Assembly (NCBI GenBank): GCA_964594405.1
Contig: CAZQMY010000002.1
Span: forward strand, 1 to 54,500
DNA: 54,500 nucleotides
Source: an uncultured Spirochaetaceae bacterium
Lineage (GTDB): Bacteria; Myxococcota_A; UBA9160; UBA4427
Direction: 5' to 3'
Shown: positions 25,913 through 35,793 of the stretch, in pieces
How the letters are laid out: each line of letters starts with the position of its first letter
Position numbering within the stretch: position 1 is the first letter of the stretch
Position numbers and translations under genes: made by a program
The notes under the pieces: model-generated
Told to the model about the DNA's origin: nothing
Databases searched by the model: none
What the model saw: only the letters and a program-made list of their open reading frames with translations

Positions 25913-28741
25913 ATGAAGAAAGGCGATCGATTGCACGGCATGGGGGGACGAGGGGCCGAGAGGCTCGAGAGGGTATCGGGCGAGGCCAGGGGCGCAGCGA
26001 CCAGCGAGCTGCGGCGGCGCCCCACCGGCATCATCGCACGCCTGGGGATCGCGATGGCGATCGCCCTCGCGATGATGACCGCATCACCGGCCTCCGCCCA
26101 GAACGAGACCGCCGCCAACGAGAGCGAGCCGATCGGACGGGAAGAGGCAGAAGAGGCCGTCGACGGCGACGAGAATGACGAGGAGGCCGGGGGCTCGGAG
26201 GCGGATGAATCCGACGAGGACGCCGATGACGACGAGGGCGAGTACGACGAGTACGCCGAGGACGAGTACTTCGACGACGACGACATCCTCTCCGAGGGCA
26301 TGGAGCCGCCCATGCAGATCGAGGAGCTGGTCGTCACCGGGAGCGCCACCACGGGCCTGAGCGACTACGAGAGCGCCGACTCCATCACCTCCTTCTCGGC
26401 CGAGGACCTGACGGCGCTCGGCGTCACGAGCGTCGCGGACCTCGGCAACTTCACGCCGAACCTCGAGATCATCAACGCCAATCCGACCTCACCCACCTTC
26501 TTCATTCGAGGCGTCGGCCTCTCTGACTTCAACGCCAACTCGACGGGCGCCGTCGCCATCTTCCACGACGACGTCTCCCTGAACAGCCCCGCCCTGCAGT
26601 CCGTGATGGTCTTCGACGCGGAGCGCATCAATGTGCTCAAGGGCCCCCAGGGATTCGGTCCCAATCGCAACGCCTCGGCGGGCGCCATCAAGGTCTACTC
26701 GCGCAAACCCACGGACGAGTTGTCCGGAAACCTCCGCGGCACCTTCGGCAACTACAACATGGTCGAGTTCGAGGGCGGCCTGAACGTTCCGCTCGTCGAG
26801 GATCTGCTGACCAGCCGCGCCGCGTTCCGGGTGATCCGGCGGGACGGGACCGGCTTCAATCGCTGCGGCGGCTTTCCTGCGGACGGTCGCCCGATCAGCC
26901 AGCCCTTTCCGCCGCCGGGCATCGACGGCTCCCTCTGTGGCGAGAACGTTCGCAACAATCAGGTCTCCGACCTGCCCGCGGACCTCCCCTCCATCGTCAA
27001 CGACCGCAACGCGTGGGCGACCCGCGTGATGCTGCGCTTCCAGCCCGATCTGGCCGCCATGGACTGGCTCCTCAACGTGCACGTCGCTCAGCTCGACCAG
27101 CTGGCGCCGCTCGGGCAGGTATCCGGCACCAATGGAACCCAGCGAGACGAGAACAACCAGCCCACGATCACGGGCGGTCTCACCTTCCCCACCTCGGCCG
27201 GCTACCGGGAGCCCGATATCTCGGAGATGGTGATCACTCGATCGCAAGAGCTGCAGGCGGAGGGCCTCCTGCTCGGCCCGGCCAATGCCGTCGCTCGCCA
27301 GGAAGTATCCGAGACGATCGCGAACCAGCTCGACATCCGCCCCCGTGAGGGCGACTACAACCGCGTCGGATCGACGACCAACGACACCGCTGGCGTCAAC
27401 CTGCGTGGCGACATGATCTTCGGGGACGGCTTCGAGTTCACCACGATCACGTCCTTCGACTACTACGATCGCCGCAACGAGCAGGATCTCGACAACACCC
27501 CGGACGAGCTCTTCGAGATCATTACCGACGACGAGGGATACCAGTTCACCGAGGATCTCAGGCTCCGCTTCGAGACGGGCGCCTTCCGCTGGGATGTCGG
27601 CGCCTACTACGTCACGGAGGAGATTCAGGCCGACATCCAGACCTTCACCTCCGATTCCGCCCAGGGGAACCTCGGCGTCAGCGACCGCGGGTATACACAG
27701 CGTCTTCACAGCTGGGCCATCTACGGGGGCTTCGACGTCGACTTCTGGGACGACCTCACCTTCCAGGCCGGTATCCGTTACAACTGGGAGCTGAAGGAGA
27801 TGGACTATGGCCTGGTCCTCAACAACGAGGTCCGCCAGGCCACCAACTCGCAGACCCGCAGCGCGCCGACCTGGAACTTCCGGCTCACCTACCACCTCAG
27901 CGACACCATCGACATCTACGGCAAGTACGGCCGCGGCTGGAAGGGCGGGCACTTCAACGCCGTCGGCAACCTCGTGACGCGCGAGATCGACTTCGCCGAG
28001 CCCGAGACGCTGGATTCGTGGGAGGCCGGCGTTCGCGGCCTGTGGTGGGACAACAAGCTCGGACTCGAGGCCTCGTTCTTCTACTACCGGTACAACGACT
28101 ACCAGGTCTTCACCTTCGCCCAGGGCTTCAACGTCGAGCCCGAGCTCGTCGTCATCAACGCCAACCAGGCGGAGAACTATGGCGTCGAGGCGGATCTGAG
28201 CTTCCGCCCCATCGACCAGATCTTCACGCTCGTCCGCTTCGGCTGGCTCGAGAGCCAGTATCTCGACTTCACGCAGCAATCCGTCGCCACGGCGATCAGC
28301 GGCGGCCAGACGGTCGAGTTCCCGATCCTGATCGACAACACCGGCAACCGCCTCATCAATTCGCCGCAGTTCCAGATCACCCTGATGGCCGAGTACACCC
28401 AGGACCTGGGGCGCTTCGGCGAGCTGGTTCCCCGCTACGACGTGGCCTGGAAGAGCGCCCAGTACTTCGACCCGAGCGAGGGCGTCGGACCGCCGAACCT
28501 CGTACAGGGCGTCCCCATCTACCCGGAGAACACGATCGGCCAGCGCCCCTTCTGGCTCCACAACATCCGCCTCACCTACCGCACCCCCGTGGAGGGTCTC
28601 GAGGTCTCGGGCTGGGTCCGCAACCTCACCGACGAGGTGTACAAGGCTGGCGGCTTCAACGGCGACGCCTTCTCGAACTTCGTCGTCTGGTTCGTGGGCG
28701 ATCCGAGGACCTGGGGAATCGACATCAACTATCGCTTCTAG
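25913..28741 (+). CDS. TonB-dependent receptor
   Basis: Signal peptide, acidic linker, TonB box-like IEELVVTG, plug IRG..INVLKGPQG, C-terminal VRNLTDE..GDPRTWGIDINYRF. The true start may be a downstream ATG. Confidence 0.95.
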   Translation: MKKGDRLHGMGGRGAERLERVSGEARGAATSELRRRPTGIIARLGIAMAIALAMMTASPASAQNETAANESEPIGREEAEEAVDGDENDEEAGGSEADESDEDADDDEGEYDEYAEDEYFDDDDILSEGMEPPMQIEELVVTGSATTGLSDYESADSITSFSAEDLTALGVTSVADLGNFTPNLEIINANPTSPTFFIRGVGLSDFNANSTGAVAIFHDDVSLNSPALQSVMVFDAERINVLKGPQGFGPNRNASAGAIKVYSRKPTDELSGNLRGTFGNYNMVEFEGGLNVPLVEDLLTSRAAFRVIRRDGTGFNRCGGFPADGRPISQPFPPPGIDGSLCGENVRNNQVSDLPADLPSIVNDRNAWATRVMLRFQPDLAAMDWLLNVHVAQLDQLAPLGQVSGTNGTQRDENNQPTITGGLTFPTSAGYREPDISEMVITRSQELQAEGLLLGPANAVARQEVSETIANQLDIRPREGDYNRVGSTTNDTAGVNLRGDMIFGDGFEFTTITSFDYYDRRNEQDLDNTPDELFEIITDDEGYQFTEDLRLRFETGAFRWDVGAYYVTEEIQADIQTFTSDSAQGNLGVSDRGYTQRLHSWAIYGGFDVDFWDDLTFQAGIRYNWELKEMDYGLVLNNEVRQATNSQTRSAPTWNFRLTYHLSDTIDIYGKYGRGWKGGHFNAVGNLVTREIDFAEPETLDSWEAGVRGLWWDNKLGLEASFFYYRYNDYQVFTFAQGFNVEPELVVINANQAENYGVEADLSFRPIDQIFTLVRFGWLESQYLDFTQQSVATAISGGQTVEFPILIDNTGNRLINSPQFQITLMAEYTQDLGRFGELVPRYDVAWKSAQYFDPSEGVGPPNLVQGVPIYPENTIGQRPFWLHNIRLTYRTPVEGLEVSGWVRNLTDEVYKAGGFNGDAFSNFVVWFVGDPRTWGIDINYRF

Positions 28742-28789
28742 CCGCCCGCAGCAGCCGCGCGGATCGCGCAGCGCGCGCCATGACCCGCT

Positions 28790-30205
28790 TCAGGGCAGCG
28801 CGTACCCGAGGGCCCGGAGCTGGTTGAGCTCCATCTCGTCGAGCTCGCGCGTCGGCGCCTCGCCCCAGGAGGGCGAGGTGTCGAGGTAGCGATCCGCCTC
28901 GGCGCGCAGCCGTGCGAACGTCTCGGGGTCGGTCTTCGAGACGTCCTGCAGCTCGCGCGCGTCCACGCGCGTGTCGAAGAGCTCTTCGATGGGCGGGCCG
29001 CCCACCAGCGAGGCACTGCGCACGTAGCGCAGGGGGCCCTCGGCCACGGCCACTGCGGGCAGCGGATCGGGCTCGCCCTGCCCCCAGCGCTGATCGAGGT
29101 GGGCGACGGCCCGCGGCTCGCCCTCCGGTGCCGGCTTGCCGCGACCGGCGGCGAGGATGTCGGGCGGGCGCGAGCGACCGTCCAGGCCGGGCGGCGTCTC
29201 GAATCCGAGCATGTCGTAGAGCGTGGGCCAGACGTCCACGTTCCGTGTGCGACCGGGCACGACGATCCCGGGCTCGAGCTCGAAGGGCAGTCGGATCAGG
29301 AAGGGCACCTCCGTCGACTCCTTGTAGACGAGTCGCGCGTGGCCCTCGTAGCCGCGCTCACGAAAGGCCTCGCCGTGGTCGGAGATCACGACCACCACGG
29401 TGTTGCGCGAGAAGCCCTCGGCGTCGAGGGTGCGGAAGAGGTGCCCCAGCGCGCGATCGGTCCAGCGGATCGAGTTGTCGTAGACGTCGGAGTACGAGCC
29501 GCCGAAGAGCGCGGTGTCCTCGTCGTAGAGGTACTCGTGGACGTCCATGAGGTGCAGATAGAGGAACCACCGCTCGTGCCCGTGCACGCGCAGGAACTCC
29601 TGCGCGCTGCGCACCACGTCCTCGTCGGTGCCCAGCTGCGCGATGGTCGGATTCTCGCGGCGCACCGAGGGCGGGATGCGAGTCGGGGCGGGCCGGGTAT
29701 AGACGTCGAAGCCCTGGTCGAAGCCGAAGTTGGGCGAGACCCAGCCATTGCGATAGATCGCCACGGTGCGGAAGCCCGCCGCCTTCAGCGTCTCGGCGGG
29801 CATGCGTGCCTGGTCGGAGACGATGTCGTCGAACTTGACGACGCCGTTCGCCAGCGGATAGAGGCCCGTCCACATGGACGCCATGGAGGCCTTCGTCCAG
29901 GAGGACTGGGCGAGGTGGCGGTCGAATCGGATGCCGGTGGCCGCCAACGCGTCGAGCTCGGGCGTCGTGTCGCGCTCGTAGCCATAGCTCCCCAGGCGAT
30001 CTCCGCGCAGCGTGTCGATCAGGATGAAGAGGACGTTCAGATCCTCGCGATCCTTGCGCCGCGCGATGTCGTCGACCGTTCCCACCTCGCGCGGGGGGCG
30101 GGCGGCCTCGGGATCGATCTCGATGAAGGCCGAGAGGAACATCAGGACCACGACGATGCCTCCGAGCACCCATGGCCAACGCTGATCGAGTACGCGCTGC
30201 GTCAT
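28790..30205 (-). CDS. sulfatase-like hydrolase/transferase (alkaline phosphatase superfamily), membrane anchored
   Basis: NVLFILIDTLRGD, SSWTKASMASMWTG, HLMDVH, SDHGE..GH, C-terminal LRALGY. Confidence 0.88.
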   Translation of the reverse strand: MTQRVLDQRWPWVLGGIVVVLMFLSAFIEIDPEAARPPREVGTVDDIARRKDREDLNVLFILIDTLRGDRLGSYGYERDTTPELDALAATGIRFDRHLAQSSWTKASMASMWTGLYPLANGVVKFDDIVSDQARMPAETLKAAGFRTVAIYRNGWVSPNFGFDQGFDVYTRPAPTRIPPSVRRENPTIAQLGTDEDVVRSAQEFLRVHGHERWFLYLHLMDVHEYLYDEDTALFGGSYSDVYDNSIRWTDRALGHLFRTLDAEGFSRNTVVVVISDHGEAFRERGYEGHARLVYKESTEVPFLIRLPFELEPGIVVPGRTRNVDVWPTLYDMLGFETPPGLDGRSRPPDILAAGRGKPAPEGEPRAVAHLDQRWGQGEPDPLPAVAVAEGPLRYVRSASLVGGPPIEELFDTRVDARELQDVSKTDPETFARLRAEADRYLDTSPSWGEAPTRELDEMELNQLRALGYALP

Positions 30206-30245
30206 GCCGACCACCGTACACGAATCGGCCCACGGGCCAAAGCCC

Positions 30246-30261
30246 GCGAATCATGATTCGC
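30246..30261. promoter_or_regulatory. perfect 16-bp palindrome between divergent sulfatase-like and TPR genes
   Basis: GCGAATCATGATTCGC, with extra half-sites CGAATC (30221) and TGATTCG (30271). Confidence 0.5.
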
Positions 30262-30292
30262 ACCGGGGGGTGATTCGAGTAGAATGCGCGCC

Positions 30293-32581
30293 ATGCAATG
30301 CGTGGTGCCCGCCCGTGCCGAGGCCCGCCATCGCACGGCTCCGGCGAGCCTGTGCGCGGCCGGCCGCAGGCCTTCCGCCCGATGGCTCGCCCTGATCGCG
30401 CTCGCGCTGGTCGGGGTCGCCTGCTCGAAGCCGGACCCGCTCGTCGAGATCCGCGAGCAGCACGCGCGCGGCGAGTACGAGGCGACCATCGAGCCGCTGC
30501 GCGAGGTGCTGCGTGAGCGCAGGGAAGACCCCGAGGTGCTCTTCCTCTACGGCCGCGCCCTGAACGCCACGGCCACCCCCACCGAGTCGCTCTGGGCCCT
30601 CCGCGTCGCGATGGACGACCCGCGCTTCCTGGCCCCCGCCGGCCTCGCGATCGCGAGCGGTGCCCACAAGATGCGCAACTTCACCGTCGCCCTGGAGGCC
30701 CTCGAGCGCGTGCTGGAGGCGCACCCCGACGACCTGGACGCACTGCTCCTGCGCGCCCGGGTGCACGCGGACTCCCGCCTCGACAACGAGCAGGCCCTCA
30801 CCGATGCCGAGCGCGTGCTCGAGCTCGACCCCGAGAGCGTCCAGGCCATGGAGCCGAAGATCGTGGCCCTGCTGGCCATGAAGCGCATCGACGAGGCCGG
30901 CGAGGCCATGGCGCAGCTCGGCGAGATGATCGAGCAGAGCGGGCTCGACGCCAATACGCGCGCCTGGCACTGCGCCACCATGGCGATCTTCGCCGAGGAC
31001 AGCGAGGAGCTGGAGCTGGCCACGGAGCGCTGGGAGGAGTGTCTCGAAGCCTTTCCCGGCAAGCCCGAGGTGGTCCAGAAGTCGGTCGCGTTCTTCGACG
31101 GCCAGCGGCGGTGGGCGAGAGCGATCGAGATCCTGGAGCGCGCCGTCGAGACGGCGCCCAGGGCCATGGGCTTCCGCGTGGGCCTGGCGGCGCGCTACCG
31201 GATGGGCGGCGACAACGAGCGCGCGGAGGCGGTGCTTCGCGAAGCCACCGCATTCGACGATCCGGCGCTGCGCGTCGCGGCCTGGCTGGGCCTGGTCACC
31301 CACTTCCAGGCGCTCGGCCTCTACTCGGAGGCGGCCGAGGCCGGAGGCAGCGCGGTCGAGGTCGCACAGGAGGCGGGCGAGGCCATGCCGCAGCTGATCT
31401 TCGACTACGCGGATGCGCTGGTGATGAGCGAGCAGTTCGAGCGTGCCGAAGAGCTCGCCGAGACGATGACCGTGGCCGCTCACAAGGAGCTGATCCTCGG
31501 CCGCTCGCGGCTCATGCAAGGCGATGCCGAGACCGCCCTGGCGCACTTCTCCGAGGCCTTCCGGCTCTGGCCCGACAACGGCTTCGCCCGCTACTACGCG
31601 GCCATCGCGGCCGAGGAGATCGGCGACTTCGATCGTGCCATCGAAGAGTACCGGTATGCGATCCGGCTCGATCCGGGCGGCACGGATGCCCGGCAGCGCC
31701 TGGCGCGGATCCACGTGGCCGAGGGCAAGCCCTACGTCGCCCTCCACGCGCTTCGCGTCAAGGTGGAGACGCTGCCGCTCGATCTCGAGGGCGAGCTGCT
31801 CTCGCTTCGCCTCTTCGCCGAAGTCGGCCACGCGGGCCCCATGCGCAAGTCCCTCGAGAGCTTCCACGAGACCCGCCCCGCGCTCCTGGGCCGCGCCGTG
31901 GCGAGCGCCGCGCACGGTCTGAGCCGGCGCATGGGCCACGACTTCGCCGTGCGCTCGATCATCGGCGCCGACGGTCTGCGGCTCACCGACCCGGAGCACG
32001 TGGACGCCCTGCGCGCGCTGATCGAGCATGCGCACGCGGTCGGCCGACAGCAGGGCGCGCGCGGAGTCGTCGGGCGCGCGCTCGAGGCCCACCCCGAGAG
32101 CGCCGACCTGCACGCCGCACTCGGCTTTGCGCTGGCCCTCGAGGCGCCAGACAGCGCCGAGAGCAAGGCCGCATACCGCCGGGCGCTCGAGCTCGACGGC
32201 GACCACGTGCTCGCGCGCATCGGCCTCGGAGACGCCCTGCTCACAGAGCGACCCGCGGAGGCGCTCGCCGAGCAGCAGCGCGCGCTCGAGCGCGATCCCG
32301 AGAACGTCGCGGCGGCGCTCGGCCGATCGAGGGCGCGGGCTGCCCTGGGAGACCTGGACAGGGCCGAGGCGGAGCTCTCGACGCTCCTTCGGGAGCACCC
32401 GGTCGATACGGATGTCGCGCGCGCGCTGCTTGCACTCCAGGTGCAGCTTGGTCACCCCAGGGAAGTCACGGAGCCCCTCGAGCAGCGGATCGCACGCTTC
32501 GATCCCCCTCTGCCGCAGCGCCGCATTGCGTCACCGCCCCCGGCGAGCGCGAAGCCGGACGAGGCGCTCGCGGAGGAATAA
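30293..32581 (+). CDS. tetratricopeptide-repeat lipoprotein
   Basis: Lipobox VGVAC and multiple TPR units (e.g. GDFDRAIEEYRYAIRLDP, AAYRRALELDG). Confidence 0.85.
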   Translation: MQCVVPARAEARHRTAPASLCAAGRRPSARWLALIALALVGVACSKPDPLVEIREQHARGEYEATIEPLREVLRERREDPEVLFLYGRALNATATPTESLWALRVAMDDPRFLAPAGLAIASGAHKMRNFTVALEALERVLEAHPDDLDALLLRARVHADSRLDNEQALTDAERVLELDPESVQAMEPKIVALLAMKRIDEAGEAMAQLGEMIEQSGLDANTRAWHCATMAIFAEDSEELELATERWEECLEAFPGKPEVVQKSVAFFDGQRRWARAIEILERAVETAPRAMGFRVGLAARYRMGGDNERAEAVLREATAFDDPALRVAAWLGLVTHFQALGLYSEAAEAGGSAVEVAQEAGEAMPQLIFDYADALVMSEQFERAEELAETMTVAAHKELILGRSRLMQGDAETALAHFSEAFRLWPDNGFARYYAAIAAEEIGDFDRAIEEYRYAIRLDPGGTDARQRLARIHVAEGKPYVALHALRVKVETLPLDLEGELLSLRLFAEVGHAGPMRKSLESFHETRPALLGRAVASAAHGLSRRMGHDFAVRSIIGADGLRLTDPEHVDALRALIEHAHAVGRQQGARGVVGRALEAHPESADLHAALGFALALEAPDSAESKAAYRRALELDGDHVLARIGLGDALLTERPAEALAEQQRALERDPENVAAALGRSRARAALGDLDRAEAELSTLLREHPVDTDVARALLALQVQLGHPREVTEPLEQRIARFDPPLPQRRIASPPPASAKPDEALAEE

Positions 32582-32811
32582 TCGTCGGGGAACACGATGC
32601 TCGCCCGGCCTCCACGTCCCGAGCGCAAGCTGCGCGCGCAGCCACGGATTGCACTCTGTGTGCAATGCCTCGTCCAGATCCCGCCCCCCGCGCCCGCGTC
32701 GAAATCACCGTAGACCGTTGAAGTTTTCGACTCTTCGATGGGGCGTCGTGATAGGGTGCGGGGTGCTGAAGATTGTTTGTCACCGTCCATCGATGCACTC
32801 GCTGATCCCGA

Positions 32812-33933
32812 GTGCCGCGACCCCATGGAGGACAGATCGTGCAACGCTCAACCCTTTCGTGTTCCAGACTCATCTTGGTTCTTACTGTGTTATTCGCTCT
32901 CCTGGCGGCGAGCGCCGCGAGTGCAGCAAAGGTGCTGTACTCGGTCTCCGCGACCGCCCGCCGCTTCACGGGCTCCCAGCTGACGCTTCCCATCGGGGGC
33001 CCCGCAGCCGGCAACGGCTTTCTCGCCCAGCAGACCGGCACCGCGCCGTTCACGGTGAGCATCTCCGATGCTCAGCTGGATCGCGCCGCCGCGCCGGCCA
33101 CCGACCCGCTCTTCCTGGGCGGCGGCAATGCGCTGCAGCTGCGCACCTCGCTGGCGGTCCAGGTGCCGCCGCGCAACGTCCTGGCGACGTTCAAGGCCAA
33201 CGGCCGATCGGGCCCGCCGGTCCTGAGCTTCTGTCCGGGCGGGACGCAGCCCGGACAGACCGTGTTCAACGGGACTGGGGCCTTCAACCCCAACTGCAGC
33301 GTGCCCTCGAGCGCACCGACGGGTGTCGGGAGTGCCAATGGCGTCATGCGCTACTCCAAGACCACCAACCAGTTCGGTGGGCTCGGTGCCTTGGCCGCGC
33401 AGGGCACCGCTTCGCTGGCCGTCTGGCTCGCCCTGCCCACGACCGGCGGCGCACCTGGTCAGGTGGCCTTCGCGGCCGATGTGATCGATGCCTCCGGTCC
33501 CGGTGAGCCCATCGATGCCTCGCCGGACGTCGGCGTGCTCGATGGGCTCGTGGTGAAGCAGCTCTTCGGCTACACGCCGTCGGGCATCATCACCGCGACG
33601 GGCGCGACCATCATCTCGGCCAGCGACGTGACCCAGACCGCGTGGGGCGGCCCGCTCACCACCGGCCAGATGAAGATCTCGGTCACGGCCAACCAGGGCC
33701 CGATCCCGGACATCTTCACGCTGACCGGCAGCGACACCCGTGACGCGTCGGGCATCGGCAACATCACTCTGGTGAGTGGATCGATCTCACGCACCAACCT
33801 GACGGGCAGCTCCGCGACCCGCAACGTCGTGAGTCTCACGATCACGCCCGAGCCCGCCAAGCTCGCCAGCGCGGGCTTCGCCCTGCTGGCGCTCGTGGGT
33901 GGCCATCAGCTCCACCGCCGCCGCAGCCGCTAG
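32812..33933 (+). CDS. PEP-CTERM-like surface protein
   Basis: Signal peptide, Gly/Thr/Ser-rich body, C-terminal TPEP + TM + RRRSR. Confidence 0.82.
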   Translation: MPRPHGGQIVQRSTLSCSRLILVLTVLFALLAASAASAAKVLYSVSATARRFTGSQLTLPIGGPAAGNGFLAQQTGTAPFTVSISDAQLDRAAAPATDPLFLGGGNALQLRTSLAVQVPPRNVLATFKANGRSGPPVLSFCPGGTQPGQTVFNGTGAFNPNCSVPSSAPTGVGSANGVMRYSKTTNQFGGLGALAAQGTASLAVWLALPTTGGAPGQVAFAADVIDASGPGEPIDASPDVGVLDGLVVKQLFGYTPSGIITATGATIISASDVTQTAWGGPLTTGQMKISVTANQGPIPDIFTLTGSDTRDASGIGNITLVSGSISRTNLTGSSATRNVVSLTITPEPAKLASAGFALLALVGGHQLHRRRSR

Positions 33934-33958
33934 GCACGAGCTGCAGGGTCGAAATCAG

Positions 33959-33999
33959 GACGCGCCCGGGGCCTCGGCCTCGGGCGCGTTCAGCTTTTT
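33959..33999 (+). terminator. intrinsic terminator
   Basis: GACGCGCCCGGGGC-CTCG-GCCTCGGGCGCGTT stem-loop followed by CAGCTTTTT. Confidence 0.65.
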
Positions 34000-34087
34000 C
34001 GGGGCCGCGTTCAGCAGGAGTCCGCGACGCCCGATCCAGCCCAACCCACGAACGCAGCTCGGATCATCGGCAGCGCATCGTGCTCTC

Positions 34088-34123
34088 GAAGCGCTCAGAA
34101 GCGCTCAGAAGCGCTCAGAAGCG
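34088..34123. repeat. 10-bp tandem repeat (GAAGCGCTCA x3.6) spanning an OMP stop codon
   Basis: Direct reading. On the minus strand it repeats ...CGC TTC TGA G. Confidence 0.9.
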
Positions 34124-34918
34124 ATAGTCCAGGCCGATGCCGACCGAGACATAGCGGAAGGTGTCCACGCCGGTGATCGGCAGCACGTAGCTGGCCTTCG
34201 CCTGGGCCACGATGCTGCGGGTGATGTAGACGTCCAGGCCGCCGCCGAAGCGCAGCGTGAGCATCGTGTCCTGGCTTCGGCTCGTGCCCGCTGTCCCCGA
34301 GAGGTCGGTGGCCTTGCCTTCGACGGTGAGGGCGCCCATGCCGAAGAGACCGAAGGGCTGCACCCGACCGGTGTGCAGGTAGCCCTTCACGTTGACGCTG
34401 GTGTGGATCGGGCTCAAGGCGATCGCGGAGAAGGGGCCCTGATCGGTCTCGCTGACGGTGCCGTTGAAGCTGTCGAGCCACTCCACCTCGACCTCTGTGG
34501 AGTATCGCGCGTGACATCGATAGCCCACGCGGCCGCTCAATCCGGGCTTCCACTCGTCCATGACGAGGGTCACCTGAAAGGGCTCGTGAGCCGCCTGCTG
34601 GGACGCCTGCTCGCTCTCGTCCGCGTGTTGCTGACCATGCGAGTAGCTCATGCCCACCCGCCAGCCAGGCCGGCTGAAGCGATCGTCGCGCGCCTGATCG
34701 GCCGTTGCGGCCACCTCGCTGTCCTCGTCCTCCGCCTCCACCTCATCGGCGTTCGCGCGGATGCGGGTCACGAGACAGGCGATACTCGCCGCGGCGCCTG
34801 CGCCCGCGGTGGCGGCGATCGCGACGGGGCCATCGGTCGTCGCCCGGGCCGCATTGGTGTTGAGTGCAAGAGCGGTCAGGACCGTTCCGCCGAGCACCCT
34901 CACAGTGAGCCGTTTCAC
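34115..34918 (-). CDS. outer membrane beta-barrel (OmpA/porin-like) protein
   Basis: Signal peptide, RVQPFGLFGMG, LRFGGGLDVY, terminal GIGLDYRF. Confidence 0.8.
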   Translation of the reverse strand: MKRLTVRVLGGTVLTALALNTNAARATTDGPVAIAATAGAGAAASIACLVTRIRANADEVEAEDEDSEVAATADQARDDRFSRPGWRVGMSYSHGQQHADESEQASQQAAHEPFQVTLVMDEWKPGLSGRVGYRCHARYSTEVEVEWLDSFNGTVSETDQGPFSAIALSPIHTSVNVKGYLHTGRVQPFGLFGMGALTVEGKATDLSGTAGTSRSQDTMLTLRFGGGLDVYITRSIVAQAKASYVLPITGVDTFRYVSVGIGLDYRF

Positions 34919-35143
34919 GTCCGCACGTCCCCCAGAATGTCGCCCGCGCTCCTCAGCATCGGAAGCTCTACGATGTCATTCTTGACTGCGCGGTGCAAGC
35001 AAAAGACCGTCGAGAGGCCGATCGATCATGCGACGTCCAGGCCAGGGATCAGACCCCGGTCGCCGATCCGTCACATCGAAGCAACCTTCTACACACCCCA
35101 TGCCGGGCGGGCTAGTATCGCTCCGAGGAGGAGTCATCGGATC

Positions 35144-35677
35144 ATGCGAAGGTGGTCGTCGGTCATTTCATTCTGGCCATTCTGGCTCGCACTCATCGTT
35201 CTGATTGCCGCCGGCGGCACGATCAGCTGCGAGGATTCCAGGCTCAGCGGGTCTTCGGGACTGATCCCTCTGACGCCGACCCAGGTCACCGCCACCTGGG
35301 CGGGGACCTTCGTGAAGACCTCTCAGCTCACGGGCACGACCTTCGTGGAGCGCGAGGGCACCGTTCAGTTCGTGCTCGAGCGGGACGGCCGAGCCATGAC
35401 CGGGACGGCTCAGTTCACGAAGACGACGCCGGATCCGGACTGCTGGGACCTGGGCGACCTATCGGTCTTCTTCGAGACCGGGCTCATGGCCGAGGGACGC
35501 CTGCTCACCGCAGACACCAATGGCCCTGCCCTTCCCAGCCCCGACACCGTGGTGATCGGCGACCTCACCTTCACCGGCGATCGACTGATCGGAACGTACA
35601 GGGCCACGGTGATCCCCTCCGGCTCCCCGATCCACTGCCGCCTCGAAGAGGGCAGCTTCGAGGCGATCCGGCAGTAG
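35144..35677 (+). CDS. hypothetical lipoprotein
   Basis: GAGGAG SD, hydrophobic signal ending GGTISC, beta-rich mature part, high GC3 codon usage. Confidence 0.65.
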   Translation: MRRWSSVISFWPFWLALIVLIAAGGTISCEDSRLSGSSGLIPLTPTQVTATWAGTFVKTSQLTGTTFVEREGTVQFVLERDGRAMTGTAQFTKTTPDPDCWDLGDLSVFFETGLMAEGRLLTADTNGPALPSPDTVVIGDLTFTGDRLIGTYRATVIPSGSPIHCRLEEGSFEAIRQ

Positions 35678-35793
35678 CGCCGGCCTCGGAATCCGCGCCG
35701 CCGCGGGCAGCGATGCGCGACGCTTCGCACCTCATCGTCCAACCGCGGTGGCGAAGCCCGGGGAAGGTCGGCGGCGTGGTCTAAGATGCCGCC

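Noticed and set aside
33899-35143. N-terminal part of the 592-aa plus-strand ORF
   Set aside because: It is antisense to the OMP gene. Only 35144-35677 has an SD, a signal peptide and coding bias.
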